NCBI GenBank assembly: GCA_964016885.1
Contig: OZ024742.1
Coordinates: 371,318,001-371,382,000, forward strand
DNA from: Eledone cirrhosa
Taxonomy: Eukaryota
Length of the DNA: 64,000 nt
Direction of reading: 5' to 3'
Of this stretch, positions 52,801-64,000 are shown piece by piece; the first letter of the stretch is position 1, and the number at the start of each line of letters is the position of its first letter. The translations under genes and the position numbers were made by a program. The notes below the pieces were generated by a model, which ran no database searches, was not told where the DNA came from, and worked only from the letters and a program-made list of their open reading frames with translations.

Positions 52801-55800
52801 TCCTAGACACTTGACCTTCTCCACTACAAAGTTAACTGCTCTCCTAGACACTTGACCTTCTCCACTACAAAGTTAACTGCTCTCCTAGACACCAGACCTT
52901 CTCCACAACAAAGTTTACTGCTCTCCTAGACACCCTACCTTATCCAGAACAAAGTTAACTGCTCTCCTAGACACTTGATCTTCTCCACTACAAAGTTAAC
53001 TGCTCTCCTAGACACCCTACTTTCTCCACAACAGTTAACTGCTCTCCTAGACACCCTACCTTCTCCACAACAGTTAACTGCTCTCCTAGACACCCTACCT
53101 TCTCCACAACAGTTAACTGCTCGCCTAGACACCCTGCCTTCTCCACTACAAAGTTAACTGCTCTCCTAGACACCCTACCTTCTCCACAGTAAAGTTAAAT
53201 GCTCTCCTAGACACCCGACCTTCTCCACAGTAAAGTTAACTGCTCTCCTAGACACCCTACCTTCTCCACAGTAAAGTTAACTGCTCTCCTAGACACTTGA
53301 CCTTCTCCACTACAAAGTTAACTGCTCTCCTAGACACTTGACCTTCTCCACTACAAAGTTAACTGCTCTCCTAGACACCAGACCTTCTCCACAACAAAGT
53401 TAACTGCTCTCCTAGACACCCTACCTTCTCCACAACAAAGTTAACTGCTCTCCTAGACACCCTACCTTCTCCACAACAGTTAACTGCTCTCATAGACACC
53501 CTACCTTCTCCACTGCAAAGTTAACTGCTCTCCTAGACACCCTACCTTCTCCACAACAGTTAACTGCTCTCCTAGACACCCTACCTTCTCCACAACAGTT
53601 AACTGCTCGCCTAGACACCCTGCCTTCTCCACTACAAAGTTAACTGCTCTCCTAGAGACCCTACCTTCTCCACAGTAAAGTTAAATGCTCTCCTAGACAC
53701 CCGACCTTCTCCACAGTAAAGTTAACTGCTCTCCTAGACACCCTACCTTCTCCACATTAAAGTTAACTGCTCTCCTAGACACCCTACCTTCTCCACAGTA
53801 AAGTTAACTGCTCTCCTAGACACCAGACCTTCTCCACAACAAAGTTTACTGCTCTCCTAGACACCCTACCTTATCCACAACAAAGTTAACTGCTCTCCTA
53901 GACACCCGACCTTCTCCACAACAAAGTTAACTGCTCTCCTAGACACCCTACCTTCTCTACAACAAAGTTAACTGCTCTCCTAGACACCCTACCTTCTCCA
54001 CTACAAAGTTAACTGCTCTCTTAGACACTTGACCTTCTCCACTACAAAGTTAACTGCTCTCCTAGACACTTGACCTTCTCCACTACAAAGTTAACTGCTC
54101 TCCTAGACACTTGACCTTCTCCACTACAAAGTTAACTGCTCTCCTAGACACTTGACCTTCTCCACTACAAAGTTAACTGCTCTCCTAGACACCCTACCTT
54201 CTCCACAACAAAGTTAACTGCTCTCCTAGACACCCTACCTTCTGCACAACAGTTAACTGCTCTCATAGACACCCTACCTTCTCCACTACAAAGTTAACTG
54301 CTCTCCTAGACACCCTACCTTCTCCACAACAGTTAACTGCTCTCCTAGACACCCTACCTTCTCCACAACAGTTAACTGCTCTCATAGACACCCTACCTTC
54401 TCCACAGCAAAGTTAACTGCTCTCCTAGACACCCTACCTTCTCCACAGTAAAGTTAACTGCTCTCCTAGACACCCTACCTTCTCCACAACAAAGTTAACT
54501 GCTCTCCTAGACACCCTACCTTTTCCACAGTAAAGTTAACTGCTCTCCTAGACACCCTACCTTCTCCACTACAAAGTTAACTGCTCTCCTAGACACTTGA
54601 CCTTCTCCACTACAAAGTTAACTGCTCTCCTAGACACTTGACCTTCTCCACTACAAAGTTAACTGCTCTCCTAGACACCAGACCTTCTCCACAACAAAGT
54701 TTACTGCTCTCCTAGACACCCTACTTTATCCACAACAAAGTTAACTGCTCTCCTAGACACTTGATCTTCTCCACTACAAAGTTAACTGCTCTCCTAGACA
54801 CCCTACCTTCTCCACAACAGTTAACTGCTCTCCTAGACACCCTACCTTCTCCACAACAAAGTTAACTGCTCTCCTAGACACCCTACCTTCTCCACAACAG
54901 TTAACTGCTCTCCTAGACACCCTACCTTCTCCACAACAAAATTAACTGCTCTCCTAGACACCCTACCTTCTCCACAGTAAAGTTAACTGCTCTCCTAGAC
55001 ACCCTACCTTCTCCACAACAGTTAACTGCTCTCCTAGACACCCTACCTTCTCCACAAAAAAGTTAACTGCCCTCCTAGACACCCTACCCTCTCCACAACA
55101 GTTAACTGCTCTCCTAGACACCCTACCTTCTCCACAACAAAGTTAACTGCCCTCCTAGACACCCTACCTTCTCCACAAAAAAGTTAACTGCCCTCCTAGA
55201 CACCCTACCCTCTCCACAACAGTTAACTGCTCTCCTAGACACCCTACCTTCTCCACAGTAAAGTTAACTGCTCTCCTAGACACCCTACCTTCTCCACAGT
55301 AAAGTTAACTGCTCTCCTAGACACCCTACCTTCTCCACACTAAAGTTAAATGCTCTCCTAGACACCCGACCTTCTCCACAGTAAAGTTAACTGCTCTCCT
55401 AGACACCCCACCTTATCCACAACAAAGTTAACTGCTCTCCTAGACACTTGATCTTCTCCACTACAAAGTTAACTGCTCTCCTAGACACCCTACTTTCTCC
55501 ACAACAGTTAACTGCTCTCCTAGACACCCTACCTTCTCCACAACAGTTAACTGCTCTCCTAGACACCCTACCTTCTCCACAACAGTTAACTGCTCGCCTA
55601 GACACCCTGCCTTCTCCACTACAAAGTTAACTGCTCTCCTAGACACCCTACCTTCTCCACAGTAAAGTTAAATGCTCTCCTAGACACCCGACCTTCTCCA
55701 CAGTAAAGTTAACTGCTCTCCTAGACACTTGACCTTCTCCACTACAAAGTTAACTGCTCTCCTAGACACTTGACCTTCTCCACTACAAAGTTAACTGCTC

Positions 55801-58800
55801 TCCTAGACACTTGACCTTCTCCACTACAAAGTTAACTGCTCTCCTAGACACTTGACCTTCTCCACTACAACGTTAACTGCTCTCCTAGACACCAGACCTT
55901 CTCCACAACAAAGTTAACTGCTCTCCTAGACACCCTACCTTCTCCACAACAGTTAACTGCTCTCATAGACACCCTACCTTCTCCACTGCAAAGTTAACTG
56001 CTCTCCTAGACACCCTACCTTCTCCACAACAGTTAACTGCTCTCCTAGACACCCTACCTTCTCCACAACAGTTAACTGCTCGCCTAGACACCCTGCCTTC
56101 TCCACTACAAAGTTAACTGCTCTCCTAGACACCCTACCTTCTCCACAGTAAAGTTAAATGCTCTCCTAGACACCCGATCTTCTCCACAGTAAAGTTAACT
56201 GCTCTCCTAGACACCCTACCTTCTCCACAGTAAAGTTAACTGCTCTCCTAGACACTTGACCTTCTCCACTACAAAGTTAACTGCTCTCCTAGACACTTGA
56301 CCTTCTCCACTACAAAGTTAACTGCTCTCCTAGACACTTGACCTTCTCCACTACAAAGTTAACTGCTCTCCTAGACACCAGACCTTCTCCACAACAAAGT
56401 TAACTGCTCTCCTAGACACCCTACCTTCTCCACAACAGTTAACTGCTCTCATAGACACCCTACCTTCTCCACTGCAAAGTTAACTGCTCTCCTAGACACC
56501 CTACCTTCTCCACAACAGTTAACTGCTCTCCTAGACACCCTACCTTCTCCACAACAGTTAACTGCTCGCCTAGACATCCTGCCTTCTCCACTACAAAGTT
56601 AACTGCTCTCCTAGACACCCTACCTTCTCCACAGTAAAGTTAAATGCTCTCCTAGACACCCTACCTTCTCCACAACAGTTAACTGCTCTCATAGACACCC
56701 TACCTTCTCCACTGCAAAGTTAACTGCTCTCCTAGACACCCTACCTTCTCCACAACAGTTAACTGCTCTCCTAGACACCCTACCTTCTCCACAACAGTTA
56801 ACTGCTCGCCTAGACACCCTGCCTTCTCCACTACAAAGTTAACTGCTCTCCTAGACACCCTACCTTCTCCACAGTAAAGTTAAATGCTCTCCTAGACACC
56901 CGACCTTCTCCACAGTAAAGTTAACTGCTCTCCTAGACACCCTACCTTCTCCACAGTAAAGTTAACTGCTCTCCTAGACACTTGACCTTCTCCACTACAA
57001 AGTTAACTGCTCTCCTAGACACTTGACCTTCTCCACTACAAAGTTAACTGCTCTCCTAGACACTTCACCTTCTCCACTACAAAGTTAACTGCTCTCCTAG
57101 ACACTTGACCTTCTCCACTACAAAGTTAACTGCTCTCCTAGACACTTGACCTTCTCCACTACAAAGTTAACTGCTCTCCTAGACACCAGACCTTCTCCAC
57201 AACAAAGTTAACTGCTCTCCTAGACACCCTACCTTCTCCACAACAGTTAACTGCTCTCATAGACACCCCACCTTCTCCACTGCAAAGTTAACTGCTCTCC
57301 TAGACACCCTACCTTCTCCACAACAGTTAACTGCTCTCCTAGACACCCTACCTTCTCCACAACAGTTAACTGCTCGCCTAGACACCCTGCCTTCTCCACT
57401 ACAAAGTTAACTGCTCTCCTAGACACCCTACCTTCTCCACAGTAAAGTTAAATGCTCTCCTAGACACCCGACCTTCTCCACAGTAAAGTTAACTGCTCTC
57501 CTAGACACCCTACCTTCTCCACATTAAAGTTAACTGCTCTCCTAGACACCCTACCTTCTCCACATTAAAGTTAACTGCTCTCCTAGACACCCTACCTTCT
57601 CCACAGTAAAGTTAACTGCTCTCCTAGACACCAGACCTTCTCCACAACAAAGTTTACTGCTCTCCTAGACACCCTACCTTATCCACAACAAAGTTAACTG
57701 CTCTCCTAGACACCCGACCTTCTCCACAACAAAGTTAACTGCTCTCCTAGACACCCTACCTTCTCCACAACAAAGTTAACTGCTCTCCTAGACACCCTAC
57801 CTTCTCCACTACAAAGTTAACTGCTCTCCTAGACACTTGACCTTCTCCACTACAAAGTTAACTGCTCTCCTAGACACTTGACCTTCTCCACTACAAAGTT
57901 AACTGCTCTCCTAGACACTTGACCTTCTCCACAACAAAGTTAACTGCTCTCCTAGACACCCTACCTTCTGCACAACAGTTAACTGCTCTCATAGACACCC
58001 TACCTTCTCCACTACAAAGTTAACTGCTCTCCTAGACACCCTACCTTCTCCACAACAGTTAACTGCTCTCCTAGACACCCTACCTTCTCCACAACAGTCA
58101 ACTGCTCTCATAGACACCCTACCTTCTCCACTACAAAGTTAACTGCTCTCCTAGACACCCTACCTTCTCCACAGTAAAGTTAACTGCTCTCCTAGACACC
58201 CTACCTTTTCCACAGCAAAGTTAACTGCTCTCCTAGACACCCTACCTTCTCCACAGTAAAGTTAACTGCTCTCCTAGACACCCTACCTTCTCCACAGTAA
58301 AGTTAACTGCTCTCCTAGACACCCTACCTTCTCCACAACAGTTAACTGCTCTCCTAGACACCCTACCTTCTCCACAACAAAGTTAACTGCTCTCCTAGAC
58401 ACCCTACCTTTTCCACAGTAAAGTTAACTGCTCTCCTAGACACCCTACCTTCTCCACTACAAAGTTAACTGCTCTCCTAGACACTTGACCTTCTCCACTA
58501 CAAAGTTAACTGCTCTCCTAGACACTTGACCTTCTCCACTACAAAGTTAACTGCTCTCCTAGACACCAGACCTTCTCCACAACAAAGTTTACTGCTCTCC
58601 TAGACACCCTACCTTATCCACAACAAAGTTAACTGCTCTCCTAGACACTTGATCTTCTCCACTACAAAGTTAACTGCTCTCCTAGACACCCTACCTTCTC
58701 CACAACAGTTAACTGCTCTCCTAGACACCCTACCTTCTCCACAACAAAGTTAACTGCTCTCCTAGACACCCTACCTTCTCCACAACAGTTAACTGCTCGC

Positions 58801-61800
58801 CTAGACACCCTGCCTTCTCCACTACAAAGTTAACTGCTCTCCTAGACACCCTACCTTCTCCACAGTAAAGTTAAATGCTCTCCTAGACACCCGACCTTCT
58901 CCACAGTAAAGTTAACTGCTCTCCTAGACACCCTACCTTCTCCACAGTAAAGTTAACTGCTCTCCTAGACACTTGACCTTCTCCACTACAAAGTTAACTG
59001 CTCTCCTAGACACTTGACCTTCTCCACTACAAAGTTAACTGCTCTCCTAGACACTTGACCTTCTCCACTACAAAGTTAACTGCTCTCCTAGACACTTGAC
59101 CTTCTCCACTACAACGTTAACTGCTCTCCTAGACACCAGACCTTCTCCACAACAAAGTTAACTGCTCTCCTAGACACCCTACCTTCTCCACAACAGTTAA
59201 CTGCTCTCATAGACACCCTACCTTCTCCACTGCAAAGTTAACTGCTCTCCTAGACACCCTACCTTCTCCACAACAGTTAACTGCTCTCCTAGACACCCTA
59301 CCTTCTCCACAACAGTTAACTGCTCGCCTAGACACCCTGCCTTCTCCACTACAAAGTTAACTGCTCTCCTAGACACCCTACCTTCTCCACAGTAAAGTTA
59401 AATGCTCTCCTAGACACCCGATCTTCTCCACAGTAAAGTTAACTGCTCTCCTAGACACCCTACCTTCTCCACAGTAAAGTTAACTGCTCTCCTAGACACT
59501 TGACCTTCTCCACTACAAAGTTAACTGCTCTCCTAGACACTTGACCTTCTCCACTACAAAGTTAACTGCTCTCCTAGGCACTTGACCTTCTCCACTACAA
59601 AGTTAACTGCTCTCCTAGACACCAGACCTTCTCCACAACAAAGTTAACTGCTCTCCTAGACACCCTACCTTCTCCACAACAGTTAACTGCTCTCATAGAC
59701 ACCCTACCTTCTCCACTGCAAAGTTAACTGCTCTCCTAGACACTTGACCTTCTCCACTACAAAGTTAACTGCTCTCCTAGACACTTGACCTTCTCCACTA
59801 CAAAGTTAACTGCTCTCCTAGACACTTGACCTTCTCCACTACAACGTTAACTGCTCTCCTAGACACCAGACCTTCTCCACAACAAAGTTAACTGCTCTCC
59901 TAGACACCCTACCTTCTCCACAACAGTTAACTGCTCTCATAGACACCCTACCTTCTCCACTGCAAAGTTAACTGCTCTCCTAGACACCCTACCTTCTCCA
60001 CAACAGTTAACTGCTCTCCTAGACACCCTACCTTCTCCACAACAGTTAACTGCTCGCCTAGACACCCTGCCTTCTCCACTACAAAGTTAACTGCTCTCCT
60101 AGACACCCTACCTTCTCCACAGTAAAGTTAAATGCTCTCCTAGACACCCGATCTTCTCCACAGTAAAGTTAACTGCTCTCCTAGACACCCTACCTTCTCC
60201 ACAGTAAAGTTAACTGCTCTCCTAGACACTTGACCTTCTCCACTACAAAGTTAACTGCTCTCCTAGACACTTGACCTTCTCCACTACAAAGTTAACTGCT
60301 CTCCTAGACACTTGACCTTCTCCACTACAAAGTTAACTGCTCTCCTAGACACCAGACCTTCTCCACAACAAAGTTAACTGCTCTCCTAGACACCCTACCT
60401 TCTCCACAACAGTTAACTGCTCTCATAGACACCCTACCTTCTCCACTGCAAAGTTAACTGCTCTCCTAGACACCCTACCTTCTCCACAACAGTTAACTGC
60501 TCTCCTAGACACCCTACCTTCTCCACAACAGTTAACTGCTCGCCTAGACATCCTGCCTTCTCCACTACAAAGTTAACTGCTCTCCTAGACACCCTACCTT
60601 CTCCACAGTAAAGTTAAATGCTCTCCTAGACACCCTACCTTCTCCACAACAGTTAACTGCTCGCCTAGACACCCTGCCTTCTCCACTACAAAGTTAACTG
60701 CTCTCCTAGACACCCTACCTTCTCCACAGTAAAGTTAAATGCTCTCCTAGACACCCGACCTTCTCCACAGTAAAGTTAACTGCTCTCCTAGACACCCTAC
60801 CTTCTCCACAGTAAAGTTAACTGCTCTCCTAGACACTTGACCTTCTCCACTACAAAGTTAACTGCTCTCCTAGACACTTGACCTTCTCCACTACAAAGTT
60901 AACTGCTCTCCTAGACACTTGACCTTCTCCACTACAAAGTTAACTGCTCTCCTAGACACTTGACCTTCTCCACTACAAAGTTAACTGCTCTCCTAGACAC
61001 TTGACCTTCTCCACTACAAAGTTAACTGCTCTCCTAGACACCAGACCTTCTCCACAACAAAGTTAACTGCTCTCCTAGACACCCTACCTTCTCCACAACA
61101 GTTAACTGCTCTCATAGACACCCCACCTTCTCCACTGCAAAGTTAACTGCTCTCCTAGACACCCTACCTTCTCCACAACAGTTAACTGCTCTCCTAGACA
61201 CCCTACCTTCTCCACAACAGTTAACTGCTCGCCTAGACACCCTGCCTTCTCCACTACAAAGTTAACTGCTCTCCTAGACACCCTACCTTCTCCACAGTAA
61301 AGTTAAATGCTCTCCTAGACACCCGACCTTCTCCACAGTAAAGTTAACTGCTCTCCTAGACACCCCACCTTCTCCACATTAAAGTTAACTGCTCTCCTAG
61401 ACACCCTACCTTCTCCACATTAAAGTTAACTGCTCTCCTAGACACCCTACCTTCTCCACATTAAAGTTAACTGCTCTCCTAGACACCCTACCTTCTCCAC
61501 AGTAAAGTTAACTGCTCTCCTAGACACCAGACCTTCTCCACAACAAAGTTTACTGCTCTCCTAGACACCCTACCTTATCCACAACAAAGTTAACTGCTCT
61601 CCTAGACACCCGACCTTCTCCACAACAAAGTTAACTGCTCTCCTAGACACCCTACCTTCTCCACAACAAAGTTAACTGCTCTCCTAGACACCCTACCTTC
61701 TCCACTACAAAGTTAACTGCTCTCTTAGACACTTGACCTTCTCCACTACAAAGTTAACTGCTCTCCTAGACACTTGACCTTCTCCACTACAAAGTTAACT

Positions 61801-64000
61801 GCTCTCCTAGACACTTGACCTTCTCCACAACAAAGTTAACTGCTCTCCTAAACACCCTACCTTCTGCACAACAGTTAACTGCTCTCATAGACACCCTACC
61901 TTCTCCACTACAAAGTTAACTGCTCTCCTAGACACCCTACCTTCTCCACAACAGTTAACTGCTCTCCTAGACACCCTACCTTCTCCACAACAGTCAACTG
62001 CTCTCATAGACACCCTACCTTCTCCACTACAAAGTTAACTGCTCTCCTAGACACCCTACCTTCTCCACAACAGTTAACTGCTCGCCTAGACACCCTGCCT
62101 TCTCCACTACAAAGTTAACTGCTCTCCTAGAGACCCTACCTTCTCCACAGTAAAGTTAAATGCTCTCCTAGACACCCGACCTTCTCCACAGTAAAGTTAA
62201 CTGCTCTCCTAGACACCCTACCTTCTCCACATTAAAGTTAACTGCTCTCCTAGACACCCTACCTTCTCCACAGTAAAGTTAACTGCTCTCCTAGACACCA
62301 GACCTTCTCCACAACAAAGTTTACTGCTCTCCTAGACACCCTACCTTATCCACAACAAAGTTAACTGCTCTCCTAGACACCCGACCTTCTCCACAACAAA
62401 GTTAACTGCTCTCCTAGACACCCTACCTTCTCTACAACAAAGTTAACTGCTCTCCTAGACACCCTACCTTCTCCACTACAAAGTTAACTGCTCTCTTAGA
62501 CACTTGACCTTCTCCACTACAAAGTTAACTGCTCTCCTAGACACTTGACCTTCTCCACTACAAAGTTAACTGCTCTCCTAGACACTTGACCTTCTCCACT
62601 ACAAAGTTAACTGCTCTCCTAGACACTTGACCTTCTCCACTACAAAGTTAACTGCTCTCCTAGACACCCTACCTTCTCCACAACAAAGTTAACTGCTCTC
62701 CTAGACACCCTACCTTCTGCACAACAGTTAACTGCTCTCATAGACACCCTACCTTCTCCACTACAAAGTTAACTGCTCTCCTAGACACCCTACCTTCTCC
62801 ACAACAGTTAACTGCTCTCCTAGACACCCTACCTTCTCCACAACAGTTAACTGCTCTCATAGACACCCTACCTTCTCCACAGCAAAGTTAACTGCTCTCC
62901 TAGACACCCTACCTTCTCCACAGTAAAGTTAACTGCTCTCCTAGACACCCTACCTTCTCCACAACAAAGTTAACTGCTCTCCTAGACACCCTACCTTTTC
63001 CACAGTAAAGTTAACTGCTCTCCTAGACACCCTACCTTCTCCACTACAAAGTTAACTGCTCTCCTAGACACTTGACCTTCTCCACTACAAAGTTAACTGC
63101 TCTCCTAGACACTTGACCTTCTCCACTACAAAGTTAACTGCTCTCCTAGACACCAGACCTTCTCCACAACAAAGTTTACTGCTCTCCTAGACACCCTACT
63201 TTATCCACAACAAAGTTAACTGCTCTCCTAGACACTTGATCTTCTCCACTACAAAGTTAACTGCTCTCCTAGACACCCTACCTTCTCCACAACAGTTAAC
63301 TGCTCTCCTAGACACCCTACCTTCTCCACAACAAAGTTAACTGCTCTCCTAGACACCCTACCTTCTCCACAACAGTTAACTGCTCTCCTAGACACCCTAC
63401 CTTCTCCACAACAAAATTAACTGCTCTCCTAGACACCCTACCTTCTCCACAGTAAAGTTAACTGCTCTCCTAGACACCCTACCTTCTCCACAACAGTTAA
63501 CTGCTCTCCTAGACACCCTACCTTCTCCACAAAAAAGTTAACTGCCCTCCTAGACACCCTACCCTCTCCACAACAGTTAACTGCTCTCCTAGACACCCTA
63601 CCTTCTCCACAACAAAGTTAACTGCCCTCCTAGACACCCTACCTTCTCCACAAAAAAGTTAACTGCCCTCCTAGACACCCTACCCTCTCCACAACAGTTA
63701 ACTGCTCTCCTAGACACCCTACCTTCTCCACAGTAAAGTTAACTGCTCTCCTAGACACCCTACCTTCTCCACAGTAAAGTTAACTGCTCTCCTAGACACC
63801 CTACCTTCTCCACACTAAAGTTAAATGCTCTCCTAGACACCCGACCTTCTCCACAGTAAAGTTAACTGCTCTCCTAGACACCCCACCTTATCCACAACAA
63901 AGTTAACTGCTCTCCTAGACACTTGATCTTCTCCACTACAAAGTTAACTGCTCTCCTAGACACCCTACTTTCTCCACAACAGTTAACTGCTCTCCTAGAC
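19796..64000 (+). repeat. Satellite B: tandem array of a 39/41-bp unit (GTTAACTGCTCTCCTAGACACCCTACCTTCTCCAC[AACA|AACAAA|AGTAAA|TACAAA]); continues off the right edge; intronic
   Basis: The unit is readable throughout ~44 kb (about 1,100 units, estimated) with no interruption seen. The first, degenerate unit is TTTACTGTTCTCCTAGACACCTTACC at ~19797. Confidence 0.98.

Noticed and set aside
19692-55646. ORFs encoding (LTALLDTLPSPQQ)n, (SRRAVNCCGEGRV)n or (VVEKVGCLGEQLT)n
   Set aside because: They appear only where several 39-bp units are adjacent, occur in several frames on both strands, and are broken by 41-bp units, so they are repeat artefacts.
19796-64000. CRISPR-like array (repeat length ~40 bp)
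   Set aside because: There are no unique spacers (units abut directly), no cas genes, and the context is a eukaryotic intron.
19796-64000. Canonical recursive-splicing ratchet points in satellite B
   Set aside because: The CCACAGTAAAGT variant has AG and GT sharing one G rather than the required AG|GT juxtaposition.
1-64000. Centromeric or telomeric identity of the arrays
   Set aside because: There are no TTAGGG tracts, centromere function cannot be inferred from sequence, and the arrays lie within a gene.

Overview
Animal genomic DNA; the SINE/RTE/piggyBac repertoire suggests a cephalopod such as Octopus, which is my inference. About 92% of the window is two tandem-repeat arrays: satellite A (1-14984; 42-bp unit with 28/29-bp deletion variants) and satellite B (~19796-64000; 39/41-bp unit). 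The ~4.8-kb island between them holds three + strand GT-AG exons (15398-15529, 16361-16476, 19026-19143) that splice in frame into part of the mTOR FAT domain, so both arrays lie inside mTOR introns (>15.3 kb and >44.8 kb). Satellite A is an amplified 14-codon slice (MLHGSETW motif) of an RTE LINE ORF, and the rest of that decayed LINE follows the last repeat directly. The island also holds an internally deleted piggyBac with a truncated transposase, a related 219-bp MITE with near-identical termini, and several SINE/RTE remnants. Nearly all ORFs in the track are translation artefacts of the satellites. Both arrays show multi-kb higher-order duplications (7054, 5836, 7584 bp and others).
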